Below, piece after piece: positions 12,328 to 25,060 of a stretch of 64,000 nt of DNA. A program made the position numbers and the translations under genes. Every line of letters begins with the position of its first letter. Position 1 is the first letter of the stretch. This DNA is from Octopus bimaculoides (lineage: Eukaryota): NCBI RefSeq assembly GCF_001194135.2, contig NC_068984.1, forward strand, positions 103,288,273 through 103,352,272. The letters run 5' to 3'. Under the pieces are notes generated by a model, which saw nothing but the letters and a program-made list of their open reading frames with translations, searched no databases and was not told where the DNA came from.

Positions 12328-12763
12328 GTAGGCAGATTAAAGTAGAAATGAATTGACAAACGGTTTGGCAAGACTTGACATGGATTTACCCAATGAATAC
12401 CTATTTTAATTGGATTTTTAATTAGATTTCTCCAAAAATGAACCACAATAATATCATGAATGAGGAATATTCTTCCACTGTTACATATGTTTAACCTATC
12501 TCTTTCCGATGACGGTTTACTCGGCCTATGGAATCCTCGCTCGACACGATATTCCAATAGCTGGAATATTCTAGAAACAGTTGTTAGCGTTTCTGGCAGT
12601 ATATTTTCTTCAAGAGTAATAATTACTTCAACAAAAAAAAGCATTATTTTAAAGACTTTTTACAAACATCTTATAAAACTTTTATTGTATAGCTAAATCA
12701 ATTGTCTTTGTCAAGTCTTGCCAAACCGTTTGCCTTTTCATTTCTGCTTTAATCTATACCTAC
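12328..12763 (+). mobile_element. Tigger-like transposase fragment bracketed by about 53-bp imperfect inverted repeats
   Basis: 12328-12380 is the reverse complement of 12709-12763, with the inner 24 bp perfect. The interior encodes WI..NTYFNWIFN and KSIILKTFYKHL and is homologous to 13745-13834. Confidence 0.55.
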
Positions 12764-13085
12764 AGGCTCAAGGGGAAGCCACTTCCAGCCGCTTTAGAAA
12801 GGCTATCACAAAATCACATGTTCAACTTCAGTTCAAACCGGAATTCGGAATTTTGGTGACATACCAATTTGAGCGCTCAGAGTACCACATGCCTATTAGT
12901 TTAAGTTACCCTGACAAAAACTCTTCGTATCTTCATATATATAACTANNNNNNNNNNNNNNNNNNNNNNNNNNNNNNNNNNNNNNNNNNNNNNNNNNNNN
13001 NNNNNNNNNNNNNNNNNNNNNNNNNNNNNNNNNNNNNNNNNNNNNNNNNNNNNNNNNNNNNNNNNNNNNNNNNNNNNNNNNNNNN

Positions 13086-13160
<75 letters not shown>

Positions 13161-13199
13161 ATGTATGTATGTATATAATGCATAAACTCATATATTCCT

Positions 13200-14520
13200 T
13201 AATGATAAGGAGTTTGCAAATCCAGTACCAAAGATATTTTTCATGCTTTATACCTGCTATTATTATCGAAGCAACTGAATATGTATCAACCCGCCTGGAG
13301 CAAAAATACCCGAACTAGGTTTTCTTGGAGAGGGAATGCAATTCCTTAATTCATGCACTTTAAATAATCAAGATATCTGGAACAATATAAAGTCTAAAAG
13401 ATCTTCTTAACACTTAAAGGATGATGAGCAAATGAAGATGCTGTTCTTTACATACTCACTACTGAGCAGGTGGCCAGTCAAAATTAGCACTCAATTATAA
13501 AAACAAGAAAACAAAATCCATTATCCTGAGATTCAAAGCGGAGAAACTCATTCTTATTGCATGGCTTTACATCAGTAGATGCTTCTCTAAAATTCTGTGC
13601 TCAAATTAGATTCATCTACCAACCAGACTAAAGCAGTTGTATCTGCAAGAAGATATCGCTCCTGGGTATGGAATTCTGTTAGTGAAGGCTATGCAACTTC
13701 TTCAGGAATTTGATGTTAAAGACAAAACGGTATAACTATTCTAGTTATAAGATGGTTGTAACAAGTCTGTAAAATAATGCTTTTTTTTTTTAAGTAATTA
13801 TTACTCTCGAAGAAAATATCCTGCCAGAGACACTGATTATAGGAAATTTGGCACTTCCCAAGAGCATATAAATTTGGTTATTTTCCAAAACTACTAAAGC
13901 ATCTAATCAAATTCTACTCTGCTTTATTCCATTCCACTTTTACTTATGATATGGTTGAAGCAGATTCTGCAACGGTTCTTTATGAAAATCATTTTCCTGT
14001 TTAATTCAAAGTTGCAACACATACTGATTTATCATGGTTGCTATTGTCTAATGTCATAAACTCAAAATGACTAACGGTTCCGCAACCATAATTTTAGGTA
14101 ACAATTACGAATAAATTTTAAAAAGGCTTTGCAGGCTTTTAATTGTCCCAATATGATGAACGTCTTCTGCACTTTATGAATTATGGAGCAACTTTTTTAT
14201 CAAGAATCCAAATTCAGCCATACTCTAATGCATTCGAGTTGGCACATATCTTTCTGCTCGGGTACAGGACTTGCAAACTCTTCCTCATCCATTGTACACA
14301 AGTATCGTCTTTCTCTGGTATTTTTCCTAACCACATTAGTGCCTAGTAAACTTTCTTTACAGAACAAGCTATTATTTTACGGTCCTAAACAACAATATCA
14401 GGCTGGTTATGTTTTTAATTTGTTCGTTGCTTTTATTTCTCTGTTCCACCAATTCTTATTATTGCGATCCAACGATCAGTCTCAACATTTTTATCTTTCT
14501 TTGTTGTTTCATTTATTTCT
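13200..14520 (-). pseudogene. Degenerate Tigger/TIGD-like (pogo superfamily) transposase
   Basis: Remnants KSIILQTCYNHL (cf. KALL.LDNAP.HP) and IPYPGAIS (cf. IQPMDQGVI). 14215-14460 aligns by eye with 27700-27980. Confidence 0.5.
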
Positions 14521-14959
14521 TTAATATTTGAGGTCACTTGTATTTCTCACTCTCCTCCACAGTAGCTCTGTACGTAATCATGAACACAATCCATTCTTTG
14601 TCTGCTTGTTGAGATTGTAAGCAATAAGCAAGTACGAAACTTGAAAATGAAATGATTCATTTAGTGTGAGAAAGAACGCCAGGTTTTGGTATAAATATGG
14701 CCGCCACGTACTTGACTTATGTAGAAAAGAATTTTATAGAATTACTCTTGTATTTTATTCGTATTATATAGTATTAGTGTTGACGATCATTCGGTAGGAA
14801 TGCACCAGTTGATGTGAAATAAGCAATAAAGATGTCTAATACCCTCATAATTCCTCAGCGGAGAGGTGCAGAGCTACTTCATTACTGATTCAGCAGTCTT
14901 GTTAAAATTTAAAAGAACGCAGCTCAAAAGAATTATTGTGTTAGCACTTTGATGCACAA

Positions 14960-16776
14960 ATATAAATATGCATTTCTTTGTGTTCTAATGCGTATTGTAT
15001 GCTTCTATCCAATTACATACCAATGCACATACATATGCATACACACACATACACATACAACCATATATATATATATATGTGTGTGTATATACACTCATAT
15101 ATACATGTATATAAATATATGTATATTTACGTATATATACATATATGTATACGTATATATATGTACATACATAAACATGCACACACATGTTTCAATATAT
15201 GTAAGCTTTGAGATATGTGTTTGAATCTGTATAAGTGGGTTGACGTGTTTGTGTATGTGCGCGTGTATGTATATGTATGTGTGTGAGTATCAAAGTGTAT
15301 ATACGCACGTATTTAAATTGTTGATGAGTCAAATATAGTTTCTCTACTCGTTGTAAAGGAGTATCCATAAAGTCTCTGAAACATATTGCTAATGATGTGT
15401 GGAAGATAACAAGTATAGTAATATTGAAAGCTTAATTATACACTAACCACACAAATGTACAAACACACACACACATACACATACACATACGCATGTACAC
15501 ACCCATACACACTTGATAAAATATATATGTGCTTATATTCGTTTATACACGCATGCTTCATCAGATAATTACATATGTACAATTGCGTGCATATGAAAAT
15601 ATTAAAGCTGCAAACGTAGGCACATATGTACATAATGGGTGTGCGTACATTTGTGTGTGTGTAAGGTGGGGGGGAGAGGAATATTGCAGCGGTTATTGAT
15701 ACGTGTCAAATCCAAAAGTACACACGCACACACACACACTCACTTGCACACACGCACTCACACATACACGCTCAAACACACACGGACTTACATGTACACA
15801 CCCAAACACACACATCCACAAAAGCAAATACACGCACACACACATACACACAAATACGCGCGCATGCACACACACAAACACGCATACACATGCTTACACA
15901 CACACACACGCACGCACACACACACGCACACACACACATGTGCACAACACATGCACGCGTGCAATTCGTATTCGGGTTCTTTTACAAATCGGGTGCAAGG
16001 TATCCTTGTATTACACTTTCTCTAACAGATACACACACGCACACACATACATACATACAATCATACACACATACACTGCATACGTCCACACATACAGACA
16101 TGTACATTCACACAGACATACTCACGCATATAAGTCGTACACTCAGTATCATCATTCTCACACACACATACACACGCATACACTCATACATACACACTGT
16201 ATCCACTTACGTACATATACATGTATACACGTGTACATACACAAACAGACGCATATAAATATACACATCTTTGTATGTCCATGCCAATATCCTCTTCCAT
16301 ATACACACAGACGCACCACATACCCACACGAACATATACACACTCACACCACATCCGCACATATATACATGCACACACCACACACGCACACATACACACA
16401 TCACACACACACACACACACACACACATAAACACACCACATAAACACAGCCGCACACACATACACACATCACATACACAGAGCCACACAGACACACTTAC
16501 GCACACCACGTACACATACACATACCACATAAACAGAACCACATACATACATACACACACCACATACTAAGAGCTACACGCACACACAAGAACACACCAC
16601 ATACACAAAGCCACACACACATACACACCGCATACACAGAGCCACACGCATACACACTCCACATGCACAAAGCTACACACACACACATGCACATTCACAC
16701 ATACATACACACATACACATACACAAACATACACATACGCATATATCGATATGGACATCTCGGCGACATCACCAGA

Positions 16777-16810
<34 letters not shown>
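14960..16810. repeat. Long degenerate (CA)/(TA)/(CATA) microsatellite field
   Basis: Directly visible; source of the His/Thr and Cys/Val pseudo-ORFs. Confidence 0.9.
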
Positions 16811-16813
<3 letters not shown>

Positions 16814-17220
16814 GAATTAAGTTGGATAAATCTCACCAAGTGTTCCAGGATTATCCAGTAAAGCAATTAGAATATACTGTCTCATTTCTGGTCTGACTCT
16901 CCAAGACAAGACTTACAAAATCCTCTGTAATTTCTCATTTCACATTTTCTGCCAGATCCATCAAAGTCTTTTCTTCTCTCAAATACATTCTTCCACTATC
17001 TTTCCTTTCGTTCTCACAATGGATCGAAGTTAATTTGTGAGAATGGAGATTATTGCAAATCGAACATTTTACGCAACGTTGTTCGTGTGTGTGTGTTTAC
17101 ATATATATATGATATATATGTATGTAGATATATNNNNNNNNNNNNNNNNNNNNNNNNNNNNNNNNNNNNNNNNNNNNNNNNNNNNNNNNATATATATATA
17201 TATATATATTTCATATTTAT

Positions 17221-17292
<72 letters not shown>

Positions 17293-17807
17293 GAGAGAGA
17301 GAGAGAGAGACAGAGAGAGACAGAGAGAGACAGAGAGAGACAGAGAGAGAGGGAGACATACATATATAATTTACTGGTGATAAAGAATAAAGAATAGTTA
17401 TCCATACGGTGTTGGGCACTCATTCTCGCAGTTCGATATTAGTGTGTGTGGGTGGGTGTGCGTGTGCGTGTGCGCGTGTGTGGGTGTGCGTGTGTGTGTG
17501 CGCGTGTGTGTGTGTTTGCATATGTGTTTGTGTGTGTCTGTGTGTGTGCGTGCATGTGCAAACTTCAAGTTCGCATATATGCTTGTGACATATTTCAGCT
17601 TCTAAAAGCAAATTTACTGCAGTTTTACGGTGCAGAAAAAAGATTCTGTCTTATGTAAAAGGTGTGAAAATACCATATCTGTCTAACGCTGTTCTCTGCC
17701 GGATTTTCAGACCTGCTTCTAGCTCTTTAGCCATTTTCAATGGGAAATACCGGAGAGAGGCAACTCTGAAAAGACTTGGTTAAAGCCATAGCTTCAACTA
17801 AAACATA

Positions 17808-19712
17808 CCGTATGTACTCGACTAAAAAACGCCCTCGCTTATAAGACTTACAAAGTTCAAATCAGGAATTTTATCATTGACCCGACTATAAGTCGCGGTG
17901 ACTTTTTTGATGTTGGAGAGCAAAGTTTGATTAGGAATCGCGCCAACATAGTTGTTATTCAGTAACCGAGCTTTCAGTAAGCTGAAGATGACTTATAACA
18001 ACTGTTACCCCATTAAGTCCATGCATTTTAGAAACCGTAGTTTATAATGTAAAATTTTATCCTTGATATCGCTAGTTGACTTGTTTATCATATTGAGACT
18101 TAATTGACTCGATACTTTGCCTTTAATTTTTGATTTATGCCTTTCATTATAAGGACACGTTAGCAGCAACTGACACACAAAATTATGCAGTCGTACGTTC
18201 TGTGATTGGAAAAAAATACAATAAACTGTTTTAAATTGTAAGGAAGTATGTGAAACATTGTGACAAAAATCGGAAGAATAAATTAAGAAAGACTCGAGTG
18301 ATACTAATCATCACTTTCATCCTCACTTTCGCCAAATAACTGGTAAAACTCATTGGTTGTGATGGTCTCGTCGTATACAGCCTGATCTTCGTCTTCATTT
18401 GCCTGATCATTAACTGATGAAGCACTGGGGCTAACATTTCTTGCACAGACGATATCACTATATGTTCACCTTAAAAGGCTTTTTCACCGACACGCCAAGT
18501 GACTAAAGCACAGATGTACATCCACCTGGAATCACAACTTGGTAGGTACGACGCTCCTTGAATCTATTTTTTATGCTGTCGATCAGATGAGCCCTGAACA
18601 TATCCCATACAAGAAGCGACTTTGAATTAAGTATAGCCCCTGGGCGCTTGAACCACACGTCATTTAACCAGTTCGTCAACACGGTTTCATCCACGCACCC
18701 TTTCTCCTGAACACACATCACTTTACCCTTCGGAAACTTCTCTTTCGGGTAAGTGTTCCTTTTGAAAACAACAGCTTGGGTAAGTTTCGTACCGTCAGCC
18801 ATACAAACCAAATTTGTGGTAAAGTGGGCCTTGTCGCTCCTCATAGTTTTTACCTAAATTTAGCGTCGACTGCCCGAGTTCCCACCGTATCGAAAAAAGG
18901 GGTGTCTCGTCCATATGGCCGATTGCTTCCAAGGCAAACTCGTGACACTTTCGTAGGTCTATTACATAATGAAAGAAGGAATCAACTCTGTTGCTCTCTA
19001 CGTCGGCGGATAATTTCTGTGCGATATGAGCCTTCTATCTCAGCGTTAGATTGTGGCGTTTCATAAAACTCGTACACCAGCCAGGGGATGCTTTAAAGTC
19101 GGATATACCATGTTCTTTAGTCACTTGGAGAGCCTGCAATATAATGATGTTTCTCGTGACGACAAATCCATTCGTGCATAGTTCAGTCACCCAGTCTCTC
19201 AAGATAATCTCCATCTCCTCATTAGGATACGTTCCTATCCTAATTTTCTTTAACGATTTGATGTCAACGGATTTCCTTTTCTCCTCTTTCAAATGCCAAT
19301 CCTTGAACATTTTTTCTGAGACCCCAAATTCTCTTTCTGCAACTCGATTCGGATGCGACTTCGCGTATTCAACAACTTTCAGCTTGAAAGTGATATCATA
19401 CGAATTCCTCTTTCTCTTCATATTAACAAATAATATGGCGTCCAATTAAAGAAAGACAGGTACGGTACAAAAATAAACAAGCATTAAAATATATATATAT
19501 ATAAAGAAATATCTAAAGATCAACTTCCGTGCACTTCTCAGCTTCAGAATTAGCGATTCGGGTTTTACCAAGTGTCGGAACTTCAGACATGGCTTGAACC
19601 TAGATAATATCTGAAGATTTTTTTATAGGATGCGCTTATAAGTCGCACCCCCAACTTTAGGTGGAAATTTCAGGATAAAAAAAAAGTGTGGCTTATAACC
19701 AAGTATATACAG
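17808..19712 (-). mobile_element. pogo-family DNA transposon (about 1.9 kb) with TIRs and TA target duplication
   Basis: Left TA|CCGTATGTACTCGACTA, right TATAACCAAGTATATACAG|TA (imperfect TIRs), enclosing a transposase. Confidence 0.85.
18231..19445 (-). pseudogene. POGK-like transposase (Brinker-type HTH, CENP-B HTH, DDE_1), disrupted
   Basis: SYDITFKLKVVEYAK..AEREFGVSEK, LRDWV, FKASPGWCTSFMKRHNLTLR, MDETP, AVVFKR, LLVWDMFRAH, VIPGGCTSVL; in-frame stops and a shortened C-terminus. Confidence 0.85.
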
Positions 19713-19983
19713 TAGTCGACAACATTGACTGAATAGCGCCATTAGACCGCCAGGTCAGATAATATTACAGCAGTGTTTAATCATAGACGAGCATTAGGTT
19801 AGTTAAAATATGTTTGTGACATATTTCAACTTCTAAAGACAAATTCACTACAGTTACTGTGGAGAAAAGGAATTCTCTCTTATGGTAAAAAGGTGTAAAG
19901 ACTACCATGCCTGTCCATTGCTGCCCCTGTCGTATTCCCATCGGATTCTCTTCAATATTTTCCTCTGATAAAAACTACGGAGC

Positions 19984-20034
<51 letters not shown>

Positions 20035-21705
20035 CGTGGCGGCACATGTGAGATTGAGGCACTGCATCATGTATTTGAAGGTTTGCTGATCTTGTCTTCC
20101 TCAATGTAGTTAACTGGGTGAAATGTAATCACCTGTACCCGGTAACCAATGTAGGGCTGAGAACAAGATACTTAATGTTGACCCTTTGACCAACAAACTG
20201 TAATCCAAACCTTTTTTAACTACCTCGGTTTTCGTTACTTTGCAAGTCATTGATGTCGATATTTGGTATTTTAGAATCAGCTTATGAACCATTTTAGATT
20301 ATTTTATATATTTACAACAAAATCACTGAGATACACAAATATGGAGTTTTAAAATGCAAGTTCAAAGGAAAATAACTCATAGACTTAGCTACAAAACTGA
20401 AAATATTCTAAATAGCATTGTGTATACCTTACTTAACGTTGACACCTTGTGGAAAGCCATGCGTTATACACCTCGACAAAGCATCTCGTATAGCAGTATA
20501 GTGTTAAAAGCACAGCGGTATATATGTAGCAAACAAAAAGCATCCAGTAGTGGTAGTGGAATTGCTAAATCCAAACTTCAGCTTCTTTGAACGTCACCAG
20601 TAGCAACTATCCCCTAGCAACTGCATGCTTAGACAAATGAAGCCTCAACTGATATATAAAAACAGTGATTTACGAATCACTGGTATCGCAAATAGTCAAA
20701 CACGTTGTATAAAAAATTATTTGCTACAGAAGCAGTATTAACTCAAAATAGTATTCTGTATATCTTACTCAACGTAGATATACTGTAGAAAACAACAAAA
20801 CTGCGACATTAGTCTCGGGAAAACATCTTGTGTAGACGTATAGTGCTAAAAGCACAGAAGTATGCCAGAAACAGAGGAAAAGCGTACAGAAGAGGCTGTG
20901 GAAGTACTAAATCCATATTTCTCTTTCCTATTCTTTTATATTTCTCTTCGAATCCGAACCCCAAAACAAGAGTCAACAAGGGAGCCTGAACTTAGTCAAT
21001 CGACCTGCTAGAAATAATGGTCAAATACCCTCCAGACTATATTCAACAGATTGGGTTTTTTAAATAATGTAGTACACTCTTTCTGTAAATGGTACGAGAT
21101 GGTCATTGTTTGAATTATATGTCCGTTTGATCACGACTCATTTGGGAGCTAAACAACAGCAACAACAACAACAGAAACAACAACAGCAACAATAACAGTA
21201 ACAACAACAGCAAAAAAAAAACGAAATTTAATATGAGCTCAAAGCTTCCAAAACGGTAGTTCCTAACGCTTTTACAGAATTCACTTCCCTAAGTTAGCAG
21301 AGTGGAATAGTTAATAGCAGCCTCGACCAAAATTGAATTCCATCCACGAATGAGAGGAACGCCGAAATTCCAGAAGGTTCGACAATTTATTATCACGAAA
21401 ATTAAAAACAAAAATCCGCTATTTCGATTCGGTAATAATTCACTTCAAGCATTGATGTCCTCTCAACTGAAATTATCATGGGGCAAACCGTTTCATTGCA
21501 GACGCCTTTCGCTTACCTTATCACAGACAATTCCAGCATACTGCAGTGTGTTGCACAAATGCTAATGATGCACTTGATATTCCAAAGCAGTCAACCTGTT
21601 TTGTGGCTGATTGTCTTCTAAGCAGAGATAAAAATGACAGACAAATATTGCTGGAATTCACTTCCAAAAGCATACAAGATATTCGCAACGATTTGACAAA
21701 ATAGA

Positions 21706-21773
<68 letters not shown>
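21706..21773. repeat. (AAT)n microsatellite
   Basis: Perfect trinucleotide run. Confidence 0.95.
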
Positions 21774-22477
21774 GGAATAAATAAATAAATAAATAAATGA
21801 AACAAAACACGAAGGGGAACTGAAGGAACCATCTTGATAAAATTATAACGAATTACATTAAAATGATTAAAGCTTAAAGATTAGAGTTTTATATGCTAAA
21901 AAATGATTAAATTAATGCGAACATTCCACCACACACACTCACACACGCACACACGCACACGCACACATACACACATACGCACGCACGCACTCATATACAC
22001 GCGCTCGCGCACAAACACATACATACACACGCGTATTTCATGCTATAAATTGCAAGAAAAGGATTCAATTGATTGGAGACTGAAGGACAGAAGGAAGGAA
22101 GGAAGGAAGGAAGGAAGGAAGGATAGATGGATGGATGGATGGATGGATGGATGGATGGATGGAACGAACGAACGAACGAACGGAATGAAGAAAGCGAAGG
22201 AAGGAAGATACAAAGAGAGAAAAGGAGAAAGAAAGAAAGAAAGTAAGTAAGAAAGAAAGAAAAGGAGAGAGAAATAAAAAAGAACGAAAACAGGAAGGAA
22301 GGGAGAGTGGGGTGGAAGAAAAGAAAGAAGGAGGGAATGAAATGGAAACTGGACATTTTCAAAAGTCAATAGAACCTTTTGAGATAAAGCTGAAATTCTA
22401 GGTTGCGTAACTGAAGTTGATTACAGTTGCATGACAAGGATTTGTGAGAGAATAAATATTCCTTTCTGCTATAGCCA

Positions 22478-22670
22478 TAAGGCCTGAAATTTGTTGGGAA
22501 TGGGACAGTCGATTACATCGACCCCACTGTTTGTTTGGTACTTTTTTTCTCGACTCCGAAAGGATGAAAGGCGAAGTCGACCTCGGTGGAATTTGAACTC
22601 AAAACGTAAAAACAAACGAAATGCCGCTAACCATTTTGTCCGACGTGCTAACGATCCTGCCAGCTCGTTC
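22478..22670 (-). mobile_element. S1 tRNA-like SINE
   Basis: Minus strand shows GAGCTGGCAG.ATCGTTAGCACG, B-box-like GAGTTCAAATTCC, GAGGTCGACTT.GCCTTTCATCCTTTCGG and GTCGATGTAATCGAC. Confidence 0.85.
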
Positions 22671-22689
22671 ACTTTGAGACCATAAATAC

Positions 22690-22890
22690 TGGTTTCAAAT
22701 CTTGGCACAGGACTAACAATTTCGATTACATTGACCTTAGTGCTCAACTGATACTTATTTTACCGACCCCGAAAGGATTAAAGGCAAAGTCGATCTCGGC
22801 TGAATTTGAACTCAGAACGTAAGGGCGGACGAAATGCAGCAAAGCATTTTGCCCGGCCTGCTAACGATTCAGCCAACTCACCGCCTTAAG
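22690..22890 (-). mobile_element. S1 tRNA-like SINE, tandem to the previous copy
   Basis: Same motifs; a further head-only remnant lies at about 22905-22935. Confidence 0.85.
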
Positions 22891-23643
22891 TATTTTTCCC
22901 GTTAGACTAACAATTCTGCCAGCTGACCGCCTTAATATTAACAGTAAATTTAGCAACAATGGTGGTAACAAAGAATTAGCTAATATGTTTTAGAATCAAG
23001 TACAGGAAGAAAAAGAAGAAGAAGAAGAAGAAGAGGAAGGAGAAGAAGAATAAGTTTGTAATTTTTATAGATATAGGTTCGAGTCTCACGAAAAGCCTTC
23101 AACTTTTTCTGTCCCAAAGGGTTTTCTAACCAAATATTTACATGCTATTATTTATAGCATTATCTACTTCGATTTCTAGTTAAAAATGAATTATTTCACG
23201 TTTTCTCGAAATTTCTAAATTTCTATGACGTAAACAACTTGCAAGAGCAACTGGTAAGAGCAAGTTTTCTAAAATGAATAGAGAATTTCGAAAGATTACT
23301 TTGATCCAGTGTATACTGGAGATGAGGGTACAAATCCCACCAGCAGCCTTTGACTTTTTCTATCCAAAGTGGTTTTTAATCCATTATTATTTATATTATA
23401 GGAGAGTATTGTAGTTCGCTTGAAGCATTATAATTTATAGCTTTATGTATTTCGTGTTTTGCAGTTAAAAACAATTAGAATAACAAGACTATCTATACAT
23501 GTTCTTACTCCGTTCTTTCTATTCTAACAATTGAGGCGTTAGAATAGAAACAAGCTTGGATTTTTGTGGTGGCATAAGACACACATATAGAACTTCATTT
23601 TAAATATATATATAAGTTATAAATATTGCCACTATTTCCTATT

Positions 23644-23644
<1 letters not shown>

Positions 23645-23726
<82 letters not shown>

Positions 23727-24262
23727 GGAGAGAGGGGGAAGAGAGATAAAGAGAGAGAGATAAAGAGAGAGAGATAAAGAGAGAAAGAGAGAAAGAGAGA
23801 GAGATAAAGAGAGAGAGATAAAGGGAGAGAGATAAAGAGAGAGAGATAAAGGGAGAGAGATAAGAGAGAGAGAGAGATAAAGAGAGAGAGAGATAAAGAG
23901 AGAGAGAGAGATAAAGAGAGAGATAAAGAGAGAGAGATAAAGAGAGAGAGATAAAGAGAGAGAGATAAAGAGAGAAGGAGATAAAGAGAGAGAGAGATAG
24001 AGAGAGAGAGAGATAAAGGGAGAGAGATAAAGAGAGAGAGATAAAGAGAGAGAGAGAGAGAGAGATAAAGAGAGAGAGAGAGAGATAAAGAGAGAGAAAG
24101 AGAGAGAGAGAGAGAGATAAAGAGAGAGATAAAGAGAGAGAGAGATAAAGAGAGAGAGAGATAAAGAGAGAGAGAGATAAAGAGAGAGAGAGATAAAGAG
24201 AGAGAGAGATAAAGAGAGAGAGAGATAAAGAGAGAGAGAGATAAAGAGAGAGAGGGGGGAGA
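23645..24262. repeat. Compound (GATA)n and (GA)nTAAA purine-strand repeat
   Basis: Directly visible. Confidence 0.95.
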
Positions 24263-24884
24263 AAGAGTACAGGCACATCGTGTCTAGTGACGTAATAAGT
24301 AATAAAATAAGTGCTCATGTTGACTAATCACCTAAAATTACAACTTGAACTGCGACTAAAACGAAATGGTACGGTAGCTGCCTAGAAATGAATGGCTATA
24401 AGTGGTTTACCTTTGAGCGGGTTCATGTACAGTAGAAAGAATGAACAAGCAAAGGATTGGTATCAGTTTAGAGCATAGAATTTATATATTTGCGGAACCA
24501 AATATTTACGAACACTGAGAACTCAACACAAAATGTCCTGTTGCGTTGTTAGGAATCAGCTTGGCCTCTCACAAAAAGAACTTACATTTAACTCGAAGAA
24601 AAATCATACATATAAACAACTGTGTGTGTATATGTATGTGCATACGTGAGTGAAGATATATATAATGTATAAAACAAGTTATAAATAATGACTATTGAAT
24701 ATTTTCCCTTTATTAGAGTAAATTTGGCTTACAGTTGTTTCCAGTTGTCATTACAGGTACGTTACTGATAGGTTGCTCACTAATAGCTCTGTTATATAAA
24801 ATGTATATATGTATGTACATACGTATGTATGACTGAGTGAGATACTTGAATAGATATACGAAAAGATCCGAGCACACACACGCT

Positions 24885-24918
<34 letters not shown>

Positions 24919-24975
24919 CGATTGTGTTTGTGTGTGTGAGTCTATGCGTGTGTATGTTTGTAAGAATGTATGCAC

Positions 24976-25020
<45 letters not shown>

Positions 25021-25026
25021 CATACA

Positions 25027-25060
<34 letters not shown>

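Noticed and set aside
12460-12696. hAT C-terminal dimerisation domain (SVSGSIFSSRVIIT resembles S..SER.FS)
   Set aside because: The homologous 13.2-14.5 kb block carries Tigger DDE_1-like motifs in register and aligns with the Tigger-like 27.7 kb fragment, so the hAT likeness appears coincidental.
16810-16990. Specific LINE assignment
   Set aside because: Weak and conflicting similarities on the two strands (CR1-like LEY on +, RTE-like NYRG on -).
14949-17658. Many His/Thr-, Cys/Val- and Tyr/Ile-rich ORFs
   Set aside because: They are translations of (CA)/(TG)/(TA) microsatellites, open in several frames on both strands.
20110-20292. 60-aa ORF or a YIG-containing alternative frame
   Set aside because: Short, with no supporting GIY strand, splice context or recognisable domain.
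22478-22890. tRNA genes suggested by A/B-box-like motifs in SINE heads
   Set aside because: No cloverleaf; each continues into a shared SINE body.
24275-24300. CRE-like GTGACGTAAT promoter element after the GA tract
   Set aside because: A short motif expected by chance; no associated gene seen.
23632-24318. 228-aa and 211-aa Ser/Leu-rich ORFs
   Set aside because: Translation of the (GA)/(GATA) repeat.
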